Part shown: one piece after another, positions 47,492 to 59,131 of the stretch
Layout: the number at the start of each line of letters is the position of its first letter
Numbering within the stretch: the stretch's first letter is position 1
Source: an uncultured Gemmatimonadota bacterium
GTDB lineage: Bacteria > GCA-2686955
Assembly: GCA_964490075.1 (NCBI GenBank)
Contig: CAZBBK010000030.1
Span: 1 to 63,987 of the forward strand
DNA: 63,987 nt
Reading direction: 5' to 3'
Program-made: the position numbers and the translations under genes
Notes under the pieces: model-generated
Told to the model about the DNA's origin: nothing
Database searches by the model: none
The model's input: only the letters and a program-made list of their open reading frames with translations

Positions 47492-49933
47492 GTGAAAAGG
47501 AATGACCCTATGGCGTTGGGCGTTGAAGAGCGCCTGCTGGAACGATTCCCCGAGCTCGGAGCGGAGTACGGCTCTCCCGTCCTGGTCCTGATCGGTGGCG
47601 GCCGCGTCGTCCGCCATCCCGACGCCGACCCCAAGCTGCTCTCCGGCACCAACGAGAGCAGCATCTTGTCGCGCGCCCGTCTGGCGTTGCTGCGCGGCGG
47701 CTCCCAGGTCGACGAGATCGCGGGGGGGCACCTCTTCGTCCACCCGATCGTGTCGCTGCTCGGCGAGCCGGTCGGCGCGGTCTGCGTGGCGGTGGCCCGA
47801 GAGCTGCCGGCCGATCGATCGCCGATGCCGGAATCCCAGCAGGCGCTGCTGCGCCGGTACCTGGAGCTGTGGGTGAAGGACTCGCTCGGGGACGAAGCCG
47901 AGAGCGCCTCCGAGCCACTGCTCGATCTAGACGATGAATCTGCCGAACGTGCCCTGGAGGAACGGCTGGGAGCCGTGCAGCGCTGGGTGCCGGTCGACGA
48001 TCCAATGCACGACGATCCCTTCGACGAGCCCCCCCCCCCCCCCACCCACCCGCCCCCCCCCCCCCCCGGGGAGGGATCAACCGGCGGCCACGAGGGCGTC
48101 GAGGCTCCCCCGGACGATCTCGCCGCGGCCGGCCTGAACGGGGTCCCGGCCGATTCCGAAGCAGCGGAGGAGGAGCCGGTAGCTGCGCAAGAGCGGGAGG
48201 CGGCGGCGACCAGCGGGGGCGAAGCGATCGAAGCCGCGGTGGGCGCGGGCCCGCGGATCGCGGCGCGCACCAAGATCATCCCGGTGGTGGTGCCCGAAGC
48301 ACGAGACGCGGCGCCGGTCGTATACTCGAAAGCCGAGGATGCCCCCCCCGAGACCCCCCCGCCTCCGAGCATCGAGCGGACCGGCGTCGAGAGGGAAGAG
48401 CGTGACCAGCCGGTCGCGACCGAGGGCTTGGCCGCCGACACCAGCGAGACCGTGCAACAGACCAGCGCCAGCGAAGCGACCAGCGCGCCGATCGCGCCGA
48501 TCGCACCGACCCCGGAGGAGTCCGCTCCCGAGGCCGCCATGGCCGACGCCCCGCCCTCGATTCTGGTCACGGTCCCTTATCAGCTCAGCGCGGCGAACGA
48601 GGGCGCCTCCGACCTGGTGGGAGTCGAACGCGGCACCCGCGGAATCCCCTGCTACGAGTTCCTGGGCAGGCGCGCGCCCTGCCGTCCCTGCGTGGCGGTG
48701 GCGGCCCACCTGCAGGGCTCGATCGCCACCGCCCGGGTCGCCGGCGAGAGCGGCTGCGACTACCTGATCACCTCGACCCAGCTCGTCGGCTCCGATCCAC
48801 CGCGTTTCATCGAGCAGATCGAAGAGGCGCCCGCGCTCCGCGAGCCCGATCCGGTTGCCGATCTGCCGCCCTGGCCGCCCATCGATGACGCGCCGGCCGA
48901 CTCGGAAGAGGTCGCGCCCGCCGCGGAGCTCGGCAGCGGCGTCGAGCCCTTCGACGAGCCCACGCCCGAGGTGACCATCGAAGAGCTGGATGGCTTCGAA
49001 GACGAGGATCCACCGCGCCCGGCGCTCGACGAGCTGGCCGAGGCCGAAAGCTACCTGCTCGACGAAGCGCTGCCGAGCGCCGCGCCCGACGGCCGGCCCA
49101 GAGAGCCGAACGCCAGTGTCGAGACCGCCCCCTTCCGTCCGATCGAAGCGCCCGCAGGCCCGCGCCACCCCTGGCTGCGCAACGTGATGGCCGGCCTCCT
49201 GGGGGCGGCGCTGATCGCGTTCGGGTATCGCTGGGCGACACAAGGGGAAGAGGCACCTGTGCTCCCGCCGGGCGCGATCGAGCTCGATCTGCCGCCGGAG
49301 CTGGTCGCCGAGCTCGAATCGCGCACCGATGCCTGGAATCGCCCGGGCGCGATCGCGCTCGATTCGGTCGGCGTCGCCGTGCCGACCGCGGAGCCGCGCC
49401 AGGCGCCCGACACGCCGCCGGCGACTCCCCCCGATGCCGGCCCCGAGGCGATCGTCGAAGAGCCCCCGGTTGCTGCCGCCGATCCGGATCCGCAGACGCC
49501 GGACACCGAGGCGGACCCGCCGCCGGTGCTCGCCGAGAGCGGCGCGGCCCAACCGGTCGGTCCCCGGATCGACTCCCCTTTCGCCAACTGGGTCGCCTAC
49601 GAGGTCGCCCTGGAGTTTCTGGAGCGCGGAGACCTGAGCGGCGCCGCCGACGCCTGGGACGCCATGCTCGAATCCGAGCCGAAATCGAACTCCACTCTGA
49701 TGCTCGAAACCAACTGCGAGGAGTGGGCGGCGAAGGAGAATCTGAAGCGCTTCACCGGCGACACCGCCGCAATTCTGAAGCCGATCTACATCGAAGGCCG
49801 CAAGTGTTTCTTGCTCGCCTACGGTTCTTTCGCCAACGAGGCCGAAGCGAACGCGGCGATCGACCGCCTCCCCGAGCCTTTCCGATCGCGCTCCACCCGT
49901 CCGATCATTCGCTCTTTCAATCTGTTGCCGTAG
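47492..49933 (+). CDS. Acidic Pro-rich single-TM protein with Cys-PAS-like motif and C-terminal SPOR-like domain
   Basis: CYEFLGRRAPCRPC, TM VMAGLLGAALIAFGY, C-terminal CFLLAYGSFANEAEANAAIDRLP. Confidence 0.6.
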   Translation: MKRNDPMALGVEERLLERFPELGAEYGSPVLVLIGGGRVVRHPDADPKLLSGTNESSILSRARLALLRGGSQVDEIAGGHLFVHPIVSLLGEPVGAVCVAVARELPADRSPMPESQQALLRRYLELWVKDSLGDEAESASEPLLDLDDESAERALEERLGAVQRWVPVDDPMHDDPFDEPPPPPTHPPPPPPGEGSTGGHEGVEAPPDDLAAAGLNGVPADSEAAEEEPVAAQEREAAATSGGEAIEAAVGAGPRIAARTKIIPVVVPEARDAAPVVYSKAEDAPPETPPPPSIERTGVEREERDQPVATEGLAADTSETVQQTSASEATSAPIAPIAPTPEESAPEAAMADAPPSILVTVPYQLSAANEGASDLVGVERGTRGIPCYEFLGRRAPCRPCVAVAAHLQGSIATARVAGESGCDYLITSTQLVGSDPPRFIEQIEEAPALREPDPVADLPPWPPIDDAPADSEEVAPAAELGSGVEPFDEPTPEVTIEELDGFEDEDPPRPALDELAEAESYLLDEALPSAAPDGRPREPNASVETAPFRPIEAPAGPRHPWLRNVMAGLLGAALIAFGYRWATQGEEAPVLPPGAIELDLPPELVAELESRTDAWNRPGAIALDSVGVAVPTAEPRQAPDTPPATPPDAGPEAIVEEPPVAAADPDPQTPDTEADPPPVLAESGAAQPVGPRIDSPFANWVAYEVALEFLERGDLSGAADAWDAMLESEPKSNSTLMLETNCEEWAAKENLKRFTGDTAAILKPIYIEGRKCFLLAYGSFANEAEANAAIDRLPEPFRSRSTRPIIRSFNLLP

Positions 49934-49987
49934 CGAGCGCGCCCCGGTCTGCTATCCTCGCCCGGTTTTCCAAGCCGGAGCAGGTTC

Positions 49988-52576
49988 ATGCATTCCCCAC
50001 CGATCTCCCTCGCCGCCACCGCCCTCCTGATCTCGTCCGCGTTCGCCACCGCGCCCCTTCCCCCGGCGGCGCCCGAGGTGCCGGTGCGGCTCTCCGCGGA
50101 GGGCACCCAGGCGGTCTCCAAGACCATCCAGAAGGTCCACCATGTGAGCAATATCTGGCTCACCACGTCGAACTTCGGCTTCTTCGGAGATCCTGGCGAG
50201 ACCTTCCCCGACCATTACGAGAGCACCGACGGGATCGACGGCCACATCAGCTGCCAGTTCCCGGCCCGCAGCGGCCACGACTACCTCTTCCAGGGGGGGA
50301 TCTGGATCGGCGCGATCGTCGGCGACGACACCCTGGTCTCGGTCGGCACCGACGGCTGGGCCTTCCCCGATGCCTCCAAGGAGTTCTTCGCCGGAGGCGA
50401 CGCCGCCGACTCGATCCAGGTGCGCTCCACGCGCAACAGCTCGATCCACTTCGACGAAGAGGCGATCAGCGAAGAGGATTTTGTCGCGACCTACACCGAC
50501 ACCCTGCTCACCTCCGACTTCTCCGCCGTCTCCATCAACCATCGCAGCCCGCTGAACATCCTGATCGAAGAGCGATCGTACGCCTGGAGCTTCTCCTACG
50601 CCGAAGACCTGGTGATCTTCGACTACGTGATCAAGAACAACGGGCTGAAGACCCTGCAAGACGTCTACATGGGGGTCTATCTCGACGGCGACGTCGGCCC
50701 CACTCCGCGCAGCCAGTCGGACGGCTTCGGCAACGCCCAGGACGACATCACCGGCTTCCGCCCCTTCGACTCCGCCGGCAAGGTGATCAACACCGCATGG
50801 CTGGCCGACTTCGACGGTCCCGAGTATCGCAACGCGGTCACCGGCGACGGCATGTTGCTCCCCGGCGTGATGGCGCTGCGGGTGGTGCGCACGCCCGCCA
50901 AGCAGCTGCGCACCACCTACAACTGGTGGTTCTCCGACGACGACGTCGAGGTCGACTGGGGCCCGGGCCGGCGCTTTCCCGACGGCCTGCGCGGCACACC
51001 GGACGGCGACGTCAACAAGTACCTGATCATGCGGGGATGGCAGAACGAGACCCTGCCCGACTCGCTCGCCGATCCGATCACCGGCATTCGCCGTGACCCG
51101 AGCCAACTCGACGCCAACAAGGACGGCTCGGTGATCGGCGCCGACGACACCCGCTTCCTGCTCTCCTTCGGTCCCTTCACGGTGCCGCCGGACGACGTGC
51201 TGCCGGTCACGCTGGGCTACTTTTGCGCCGAGAACTTCTTCCGCGGCGGCGATCCCGACCAGTTCGACTTCACCGATCTGGACATCAACGCACGCTGGGT
51301 GCAGTTCGTCTTCGACAACCCCAGCGTCGACACCCCGACCGACGATTTCGGGGCCGACGGAATGGAGGGCACGGGCGATCCGGGAGAGGGCGACGGGGTG
51401 CTCGACACCGGTGACTTCTTCTTCGGCGAAGATGTCGGCGTCGACGGGGTTCCGGGGACCGGCGATTACGGAGAGTCGAACGGCCGCCTGGACACGCTCC
51501 AGGTCGGTGGCCTGACGAAGAGCGAAGACACCGCGCTGCGTTGGGTGATCCACGCGATCGAGCCCGATCCCACCAATCCCGAAGAGAGCGCCCTCGACTA
51601 CCTGCGCTCGGTGGCCGGCGACATCGACTGGAGCGCGACCGCGGCCGTGATCATGTCCGAGCTCCCGCGTCTGAGACTGAGCTCGGTGACTCGCTTCGGA
51701 CTCGAAAACGGTTTCATGGACGAAGGCGACGGATTGCCCGACTTCTCCGGTCCTCCCCCGCCGCCGGCGCCAGAGCTGAAGATCGAGAAGAGGAACGACC
51801 ACTCGATCACCATCAAGTGGAGCGCGTCGGCGGAGGATTTCGTCGACAGCTTCATCCCCGAGCGCCGTCGCCAGCGCGACTTCCAGGGCTACCGGATCTA
51901 CTCCAGCCGCACCGGCGCGGGGGCCGACTTCACGGCCCTGAAGGATTTCGACCTGGCCGAGGTGCCCGATCGCGACGAGGATGGCGTGCCGCTGCTCGAT
52001 CCCCTCGGGGACGTCCTCATGCTGCCCGACACGGTGGGACGCAACACCGGCTTCGCCGCGATCGAGAACCCCGACGCCGACTCGTCGAGCTACGACTACT
52101 CCTGGACCCTCGAGCCGGTGATCCCGAGCTGGCCGCTCTTCATCGCCGTCACCGCCTACGACAACGGCTATCCGCCGGCCCGGCTCGGTTCGCTCGAATC
52201 GAGCGTCTTCGCCAACGCGGTCGAGGTCACGCCATCGACCCCATTGGGCGAGGATCTGCCGGTGCTGGTGGTGCCCAACCCCTACAAGATCAACGCCGAG
52301 TACTCCGAGAGCGGCTGGGAGCTGCCGCCCGAGCAGTGGACCGAGTTCGACCGCCGGATCGACTTCACCAATCTCAATGGCCCGGGCACGATCCGGGTCT
52401 TCACCCTGGCCGGCGATCTGGTGCAGACGATTCCGCACCAGGAGCAGGAGAGTCGCGCATCCTGGGACCTGATCTCGCGCAACGGACAGGCGATCGTAAG
52501 CGGCATCTACCTCTTCGCGGTGACCTACGACGATGACTCGAAGACCGATGTGGGGAAATTCGTGGTGCTGAAATAG
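49988..52576 (+). CDS. Large secreted protein with Ca-binding Asp/Gly repeats and C-terminal T9SS/FlgD-Ig-like sorting domain
   Basis: Signal peptide, YLFQGGIWIGA, DFGADG..GTGD repeats, FQGYRIYSS, VTAYD, VVPNPY..IDFTNL..TIRVFTLAGDLV..WDL.SRNGQAIVSGIYLF. Confidence 0.75.
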   Translation: MHSPPISLAATALLISSAFATAPLPPAAPEVPVRLSAEGTQAVSKTIQKVHHVSNIWLTTSNFGFFGDPGETFPDHYESTDGIDGHISCQFPARSGHDYLFQGGIWIGAIVGDDTLVSVGTDGWAFPDASKEFFAGGDAADSIQVRSTRNSSIHFDEEAISEEDFVATYTDTLLTSDFSAVSINHRSPLNILIEERSYAWSFSYAEDLVIFDYVIKNNGLKTLQDVYMGVYLDGDVGPTPRSQSDGFGNAQDDITGFRPFDSAGKVINTAWLADFDGPEYRNAVTGDGMLLPGVMALRVVRTPAKQLRTTYNWWFSDDDVEVDWGPGRRFPDGLRGTPDGDVNKYLIMRGWQNETLPDSLADPITGIRRDPSQLDANKDGSVIGADDTRFLLSFGPFTVPPDDVLPVTLGYFCAENFFRGGDPDQFDFTDLDINARWVQFVFDNPSVDTPTDDFGADGMEGTGDPGEGDGVLDTGDFFFGEDVGVDGVPGTGDYGESNGRLDTLQVGGLTKSEDTALRWVIHAIEPDPTNPEESALDYLRSVAGDIDWSATAAVIMSELPRLRLSSVTRFGLENGFMDEGDGLPDFSGPPPPPAPELKIEKRNDHSITIKWSASAEDFVDSFIPERRRQRDFQGYRIYSSRTGAGADFTALKDFDLAEVPDRDEDGVPLLDPLGDVLMLPDTVGRNTGFAAIENPDADSSSYDYSWTLEPVIPSWPLFIAVTAYDNGYPPARLGSLESSVFANAVEVTPSTPLGEDLPVLVVPNPYKINAEYSESGWELPPEQWTEFDRRIDFTNLNGPGTIRVFTLAGDLVQTIPHQEQESRASWDLISRNGQAIVSGIYLFAVTYDDDSKTDVGKFVVLK

Positions 52577-52762
52577 GGGTCCGCGCAGTCCCCTCCACGG
52601 CCGTCGATTGCGGTTGACCGCCCCCTCTGCCCGATGGGAGACTCTGGGCTTTCGTCGAGCGGACCGCGCCCAGAAGCGGACGGTACGCTCGGTGCGTCCG
52701 GTCGGGCTTGCGATTCTGTGCGCGCACCCGGCCGCTCTGTTGCTCGCACACCATGCGTCGAT

Positions 52763-52847
<85 letters not shown>

Positions 52848-52883
52848 TCCGAAGGACACCCGCCAGCGTCGCGCCGGAGAGGA

Positions 52884-54170
52884 TTGAACGTGCACGTGGA
52901 AGTGGTCCAGGAGCCGTCCTGGAAACGACGTCTCCAGATCGAGGTTCCCGCCGAGCAGGTCTCGCGCGAGTACGAAGAGGTCTCCCGTAAAGTCCAGCGC
53001 ACCGCCAGCCTGCCGGGCTTTCGCAAGGGCAAGGTGCCGCGCAGCCTGGTCCAGAAGTCCTTCGGTGAGAGGATTCAGCAAGAGGTGGTCAACCGACTGC
53101 TCGACGAGGCCTACCGGAACGCGTTGAAAGAGACCAACATCGAGCCGATCTCCTACCCCTCGATCGACAAGCTGGAGTTCCAGATCGGCGAACCGATGAC
53201 CATTCACGCCATCGTCGAGGTGAAGCCGGTACTGGAGCTGGTCGACTACAAAGGGGCGAAGCTGGTGCGCCCTACGGCCTCGATCACCGACGACGACGTG
53301 GCGCAGACGCTCGATTCGCTGCTGGACCGCCAAGCGCAGTACATGAGCGAGGAGGGACGGAGCGCCCAGCCGACCGACATGGTGATCGTCGACCAGGTGG
53401 CGCACGACGAGACCGGCCTGCGGATTCCTAAGGGATCGGGAGAGGATCTCGCCATTCCGGTGGGGCATCGGCTGACCCGGCCGGAGTTCGAGAAGGTCCT
53501 GGAGGGGGCGAGCGCGGGCGACGATCTCGAGGCGCGCATCGAGTTCCCGGAGAGCTCCGAGGACCCCGCCTTCGCCGGCAAGACCGTGACCTTTTCGCTG
53601 CACGTCAAGGAGGTCAAGGTCAAGCAGCTGCCCGAGCTCGACGACGGGTTCGCACAGAGCGTCGGCAGCTTCGAGACCGCAGAGCAGCTGCGCGACGCGG
53701 TGCGCGGCGACCTGGAGCGGCAAGCCTTGCAGCGCGCCGAGGAGTCGGTGCGCAATCAGCTGGTGGAGATCTTGATCGAGCGCAACCCCTTCGATCTGCC
53801 CGAGTCGATGGTCGAGCGCTACCTCGACAGCGTGGTCGAGAGCGCGGCCGCGCAAGCGCGCCAGACGCCGGGAGAGGCCGCCCGCTTCGACCCCGACGCG
53901 GTGCGCGAGCAGAATCGCGAGTTCTCCCAGAAGCTGATCCGCAAGACCTTGCTCTTCGAGGCGATCCAGAAGCTGGAATCGATCGAGGTGAGCGAGGAGG
54001 AGATCGACCAGCAGGTGGCGCGGGCCGCCGAGGTCAACAACTTGCCACCGCGGAAGATGCGGGTGTCCCTCGAAAACGAGGGCAAGCTATCGCAGCTTCG
54101 CGACGAACTACTGGAAGAGAAGACCTTCCGTGCGTTGATCGACATGGCCGACGTCGCGGAAACGTCCTAG
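52884..54170 (+). CDS. tig: Trigger factor
   Basis: [10 protein letters not shown] signature, FKBP-like middle, tRNA-Leu-tig-clpP-clpX synteny; start TTG 52884 or GTG 52890. Confidence 0.95.
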   Translation: MNVHVEVVQEPSWKRRLQIEVPAEQVSREYEEVSRKVQRTASLPGFRKGKVPRSLVQKSFGERIQQEVVNRLLDEAYRNALKETNIEPISYPSIDKLEFQIGEPMTIHAIVEVKPVLELVDYKGAKLVRPTASITDDDVAQTLDSLLDRQAQYMSEEGRSAQPTDMVIVDQVAHDETGLRIPKGSGEDLAIPVGHRLTRPEFEKVLEGASAGDDLEARIEFPESSEDPAFAGKTVTFSLHVKEVKVKQLPELDDGFAQSVGSFETAEQLRDAVRGDLERQALQRAEESVRNQLVEILIERNPFDLPESMVERYLDSVVESAAAQARQTPGEAARFDPDAVREQNREFSQKLIRKTLLFEAIQKLESIEVSEEEIDQQVARAAEVNNLPPRKMRVSLENEGKLSQLRDELLEEKTFRALIDMADVAETS

Positions 54171-54245
54171 TGTCCAGTTGCGTGCCGGCCGGCGATCCCT
54201 TCGAGCAATCTCGGAGAGCGCCGGGTCGAAAGAAAAGGACTGAGG

Positions 54246-54857
54246 ATGAAGGCCTATAATCGGATCCCAGGGGTCTGGGAGCGAACCTCCCGCGGCGACC
54301 AGCCGATGGACATCTACACCAGGCTGCTGCGGGATCGAATCATCTTCCTGGGAACCCCGATCGACGACGATGTCGCCAATGCGACCATCGCCCAGCTCTT
54401 GTTCTGCGCGGCCGACAATCCCGAGCAGGACATCAACGTCTATATCAACTCGCCTGGCGGGCTGGTCTCGTCGGGCCTGGCCATCTACGACACGATGCAG
54501 TACATCCAGCCCGACGTGGCGACCTGCTGCATGGGAATGGCGGCGTCGATGGCGGCGATCCTGCTGGCCGCCGGCACCCCCGGCAAGCGCACGGCGCTGG
54601 AACATTCCCGCGTTATGATTCATCAACCGGTGGGTGGCATCGGGGGGCAAGCTTCCGATATCGCCATCCACGCCCAGGAGATGATCAAAGTCCGCGGCGA
54701 GCTGAACACGATCCTGGCCCGCCATACCAAGCACAAAGTCGACAAGGTCAAGTCCGACACCGACCGCAACTTCTTCATGAGCGCCGGCGAGGCGCTCGAC
54801 TACGGCATCATCGACGAGATCATCAAACCCACGGAGATCGACGAAAACAGCGACTAG
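54246..54857 (+). CDS. clpP: ATP-dependent Clp protease proteolytic subunit
   Basis: [43 protein letters not shown]. Confidence 0.98.
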   Translation: MKAYNRIPGVWERTSRGDQPMDIYTRLLRDRIIFLGTPIDDDVANATIAQLLFCAADNPEQDINVYINSPGGLVSSGLAIYDTMQYIQPDVATCCMGMAASMAAILLAAGTPGKRTALEHSRVMIHQPVGGIGGQASDIAIHAQEMIKVRGELNTILARHTKHKVDKVKSDTDRNFFMSAGEALDYGIIDEIIKPTEIDENSD

Positions 54858-54907
54858 TCGAGTCAGCTGAAGCCGATCGTACCCACGCCGACGCGGAGCA
54901 CCAGGCC

Positions 54908-56197
54908 ATGACGCGCAGCACAGGAGGACAGGGCACACTTCGCTGCTCCTTTTGCAGCCGAGGCCAGGATTCGGTAGAGAAGCTGGTCTCAGGGCCCTCG
55001 GTCTACATCTGCAACGAGTGCATCCAGCTCTGCAACGAAATCCTGGCGGAGGACGTCAGCTACGAGAGCCGCATCCGCCCGGACGGCCTGCCCAAGCCGC
55101 ACGAGGTCAAGGCATCGCTCGACGAGTACGTGATCGGCCAGGAGCGCGCCAAGCGGGTGCTGGCGGTCGCGGTCTACAACCACTACAAGAGGATCACGTC
55201 GACCAAGCAGCTCAAGGATGTGGAGCTGGACAAGGCGAACATTCTCATGGTCGGTTCGACCGGCACCGGCAAGACCCTGCTGGCCGAGACCCTGGCCCGC
55301 ACCCTCAAAGTGCCCTTCGCGATCGTCGACGCCACGACCCTCACCGAGGCCGGCTACGTGGGCGAGGATGTCGAGAACATCCTGGTTCGGCTGCTGCAGG
55401 CGGCCAACTACAACGTGTCCCAGGCCGAGATCGGTATCGTCTACATCGACGAGATCGACAAGGTGGCACGCAAGGCCGACAACCCCTCGATCACCCGCGA
55501 CGTGTCGGGCGAGGGGGTGCAGCAGGCCCTGCTCAAACTGCTGGAGGGCACCTCCGCCAACGTGCCGCCCCAGGGGGGGCGCAAGCACCCGCAGCAGGAG
55601 TACATCCAGATCAACACCAAGAACATCCTGTTCATCTGCGGTGGTGCTTTCGATCATATCGAGCAGATCATCGAGCGGCGCACCGGGCGCCGCACCATCG
55701 GCTTCGGCGGCACCAGCGAGCGCTGCGGCGCGCCCGAGGTGGCCCGGGGCGAATCTCAGGCCGAGGCCGACCGCGCCCGAATGCTGGACCAGCTGGAGCC
55801 CGACGATCTGCTGCGCTACGGCCTGATCCCCGAGCTGGTGGGGCGTCTGCCGGTGGTGACCGCCCTGCACCCCCTCGACCGCGAGGCGATGCTGCGCATC
55901 CTCACCGAGCCGAAGAACGCCCTCACCCGCCAGTACCAGCAGCTCTTCGAGCTCGAGGACGTGAAGCTGAAGTTCTCGCCCGAGGCGCTCGAGGCGGTGG
56001 TCGATATCGCGCGCAAGAAGGAGACCGGCGCCCGCGGCCTGCGCGCGGTGATGGAGTTGATGATGCTCGACATCATGTACGACATCCCGGCCCGCGACGA
56101 CGTGGAAGAGGTGCTGATCTCCAAGGACGTGATCGAGAAGCAGGTCGACCCGATCTTCACCGTGCGGGATCGCAAAGCGCGGCGTCGGAAGGCGTAG
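54908..56197 (+). CDS. clpX: ATP-dependent Clp protease ATP-binding subunit
   Basis: CSFC..ICNEC zinc finger, [42 protein letters not shown] loop. Confidence 0.98.
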   Translation: MTRSTGGQGTLRCSFCSRGQDSVEKLVSGPSVYICNECIQLCNEILAEDVSYESRIRPDGLPKPHEVKASLDEYVIGQERAKRVLAVAVYNHYKRITSTKQLKDVELDKANILMVGSTGTGKTLLAETLARTLKVPFAIVDATTLTEAGYVGEDVENILVRLLQAANYNVSQAEIGIVYIDEIDKVARKADNPSITRDVSGEGVQQALLKLLEGTSANVPPQGGRKHPQQEYIQINTKNILFICGGAFDHIEQIIERRTGRRTIGFGGTSERCGAPEVARGESQAEADRARMLDQLEPDDLLRYGLIPELVGRLPVVTALHPLDREAMLRILTEPKNALTRQYQQLFELEDVKLKFSPEALEAVVDIARKKETGARGLRAVMELMMLDIMYDIPARDDVEEVLISKDVIEKQVDPIFTVRDRKARRRKA

Positions 56198-56232
56198 GCG
56201 CCTCTGGTCGGCATCGAGCCGGGCAGCTCCTC

Positions 56233-56889
56233 ATGCAGCACATCGTCAAGCTGCTCGCCACCGTCGGCCGACCCGCGGGGCCCTTCCCGGCGCCGCGGCT
56301 TCCCGAGATCGCCTTCGCGGGCCGGTCGAACGTGGGCAAGTCGAGCCTGATCAACACGATCCTGCGGCGCAAGAACCTCGCCCGGGTATCCAAGCGCCCG
56401 GGCAAGACCACCACCATCAACATCTTCGAGGTCGACCGGCTCTTCCACCTTGCCGATCTGCCGGGCTACGGGTTCGCGCGGGTGCCGGCCTCGGAGCGGG
56501 CGCGTTGGAGTGCCCTGGTCGGCGCTTACCTGGAGGCGCGCAGCAACCTGGCCGGAGTGCTGCACCTGGTCGACGGCCGTCATCGGCCGCAGCCCGCCGA
56601 CCTGCGGATGCGCGACTGGCTCAAGCACGGCGACACCCCCTTCCTGGTGGTCGCGACCAAGATCGACAAGGTGAAGCGCTCGCAGCGGCGCACCCGGATC
56701 GGTGAGATCGCCGCGGGGCTCGAGCTGCCGTCGACGGACCACGTTCTGCCGGTGTCGTCCGAGACCAAGGAAGGGCTGCGCGAGCTGATGCGCGAAATCC
56801 ACACCTTGATCGCCGCGGCGCGCGAACAGCCCTCGCCACCCGAGATCGACGCGGAGATCGAGCAGCCGCGGGCCGGAGACCAGTCGTGA
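56233..56889 (+). CDS. engB: Ribosome biogenesis GTPase YihA/YsxC
   Basis: PEIAFAGRSNVGKSSLIN, PGKT, DLPGYG, TKIDK. Confidence 0.96.
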   Translation: MQHIVKLLATVGRPAGPFPAPRLPEIAFAGRSNVGKSSLINTILRRKNLARVSKRPGKTTTINIFEVDRLFHLADLPGYGFARVPASERARWSALVGAYLEARSNLAGVLHLVDGRHRPQPADLRMRDWLKHGDTPFLVVATKIDKVKRSQRRTRIGEIAAGLELPSTDHVLPVSSETKEGLRELMREIHTLIAAAREQPSPPEIDAEIEQPRAGDQS

Positions 56890-58034
56890 GGCGCGTCTAC
56901 CTCGACAACAATGCCACCACGCCGCTTCTGCCCGAGGCCCGCCGGGCGATGCTCGAGGTGCTCGACGAGCGCTTCGGCAACCCCTCGTCGGCGCATTCCT
57001 GGGGGCGGGCGGCACGCGCCGTGGTCGATTCCGCGCGGCGCCGGGTCGCCGCCCTGATCGGCGCACGCCCCTCGACCGTGGTCTTCACCTCGGGCGGCAC
57101 CGAGGCCGATCATCTGGCGCTGCGCGCCGGCACCGAGGGCGGCGGTCATGTGGTCACGTCGGCGATCGAGCATCACGCGGTGCTCGACGAGCTACGCGCG
57201 CTCGAAGCCGGCGGCGCGATCGAGCTCACGGTGGTTCCGGTCGGCCGCGACGGGGTGGTCGATGGCGGCGCGATGATCGCCGCGCTGCGCCCCGACACGA
57301 CACTGGTCTCCCTGATGCTCGCCAACAACGAGACCGGCGTGATTCAACCCCTGCGCGAGCTGGCGGCGCACTGCCGCGAGCGCGGAATCACGGTGCACAC
57401 CGACGCCGTGCAGGCGATCGGCAAGATCGGGGTCGACGTCGCCGCGCTCTCGGTCGACCTGCTCTCGCTCTCGGCCCACAAGTTCGGTGGACCGAAGGGG
57501 ATCGGTGCGCTCTACGTGCGCCGTGGGCTGCGCTTCGCGCCACTGCACGCGGGCGGCGGACAGGAGCGGGGCATCCGCCCGGGCACCGAGAACGTGGCCG
57601 GCATCGCCGGCATCGGCGCGGCCGCGGAGGCGGTGGGATCGAATCTGGCCCCGGAAGCGGCGCGGCTGCGCGGGCTGCGCGACGCGCTGGAGACGCGGCT
57701 GCTGGAGGAGCTGCCGGGAATCGTGGTCAACGGCGCCGGCGCCGATCGGATCGCCAACACCTCGAGCCTGACGCTTGAAGGGATCGACGCCGAGGCGCTG
57801 ATGCTCGCCCTCGATCTGGAGGGGATCGCCATCTCGACCGGCTCCGCCTGCACCACCGGCGCGATGGCCCCCTCGCACGTGCTGACCGCACTGGGCCTCG
57901 ACTCAGCCGCCACACAGAGCACCGTGCGCGTCGCCTGGGGGCGCGTCAATGACGCGGCCGATCTGGACCTGGCGACGGCCAAGCTGATCGCCGCGATGCG
58001 CACGCTCCGAGCCGGCGCGGCGCGGAACCGATGA
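56886..58034 (+). CDS. iscS: Cysteine desulfurase (IscS/NifS family)
   Basis: YLDNNATTP, GNPSS, FTSGGTE, HTDAVQ, SAHKFGGPKG, STGSAC. Confidence 0.93.
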   Translation: MRRVYLDNNATTPLLPEARRAMLEVLDERFGNPSSAHSWGRAARAVVDSARRRVAALIGARPSTVVFTSGGTEADHLALRAGTEGGGHVVTSAIEHHAVLDELRALEAGGAIELTVVPVGRDGVVDGGAMIAALRPDTTLVSLMLANNETGVIQPLRELAAHCRERGITVHTDAVQAIGKIGVDVAALSVDLLSLSAHKFGGPKGIGALYVRRGLRFAPLHAGGGQERGIRPGTENVAGIAGIGAAAEAVGSNLAPEAARLRGLRDALETRLLEELPGIVVNGAGADRIANTSSLTLEGIDAEALMLALDLEGIAISTGSACTTGAMAPSHVLTALGLDSAATQSTVRVAWGRVNDAADLDLATAKLIAAMRTLRAGAARNR

Positions 58035-59131
58035 GCTCCGCGGTCCTGGTGGCGCTCTCGGGTGGGGTCGACAGCTCGGTGGCCCTGGCGGCGATGGTGG
58101 AGGCCGGGGAGCGCGTCATCGCGGTGACCATGCGCACCTTCTGCTACGCCGGCACCGGGCCCGAGCCGGAGCGTGCCTGCTGCGGGCTGGAGGGGATCGC
58201 CGACGCCCGCTCGGTGGCCGCCGCGCTCGACGTGCCGCACCACGTGGTGGACGTCTCCGAGCTCTTTCAGCGCCGGGTGATCGACGACTTCGCCGCCGAG
58301 TACGCGGCGGGGCGCACCCCGAACCCCTGCATCCGCTGCAACACCTACGTGAAGTTCCCCGCCCTGCTCGAGCGCTTCCGGTCGCTCGGGGTGGAGAAGC
58401 TCGCCACCGGCCATCACGCCAGAATCCGCCGCGCACCCGAGGGCGCGCGGCTGGCGCGCGGTGCCGACGCCGCCAAAGACCAGTCCTACGTGCTCTGGGG
58501 CCTGCCGCGGGAGATGCTGGCCCGGCTGCGCCTGCCGATCGGCGAGATGACCAAGAGCGCGGTTCGGGCGCGGGCCCGCGAGCTCGGGCTCGACACCGCC
58601 GACAAGCCGGAGAGCCAGGAAATCTGCTTCGTGCCGGACGGTGACCACCCCCGCTTCGTGGGCGAGCTGCGGCCCGGCGCCCTGCGACCCGGACCGATCG
58701 TCGATGCGCGGGGGATGCGGATCGGCACCCATCGTGGCATCGCCCGCTACACCGTCGGGCAGCGCAAAGGGATCGGGATCGCGTCGCCCGAGGCGCTCTA
58801 TGTGAAGGCTCTGGACGCCGCGACGGCCACGGTGGTGGTCGACCACGAGAGCGGTCTGCGGATCGACCGCTGTGGAGTCGACGCCCTGAACCTGCACGCG
58901 GATCTATCCCATGGACGCTGGATCGACTCCTTGCTGGTGCAGTTCCGGGCGCACCAGGAGCCCTTCGCGGCCCGCGTCAAGATCGACGGCCGTGAGGCCT
59001 GCATCGAGCTCGAGCGGGACGCGATCGGAATCGCACCGGGGCAGAGTGCCGTGCTCTACCGGGGCGACGAGCTGCTGGGGGGGGGCGTGGTGCGTCATGC
59101 CGCGCGTCATGGCGGAGCGCAGCGATGCTGA
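58031..59131 (+). CDS. mnmA: tRNA 2-thiouridine(34) synthase
   Basis: SGGVDS, TPNPCIRCN, ATGH, KDQSY, ESQEICF, YTVGQRKG, PGQ. Confidence 0.97.
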   Translation: MSSAVLVALSGGVDSSVALAAMVEAGERVIAVTMRTFCYAGTGPEPERACCGLEGIADARSVAAALDVPHHVVDVSELFQRRVIDDFAAEYAAGRTPNPCIRCNTYVKFPALLERFRSLGVEKLATGHHARIRRAPEGARLARGADAAKDQSYVLWGLPREMLARLRLPIGEMTKSAVRARARELGLDTADKPESQEICFVPDGDHPRFVGELRPGALRPGPIVDARGMRIGTHRGIARYTVGQRKGIGIASPEALYVKALDAATATVVVDHESGLRIDRCGVDALNLHADLSHGRWIDSLLVQFRAHQEPFAARVKIDGREACIELERDAIGIAPGQSAVLYRGDELLGGGVVRHAARHGGAQRC

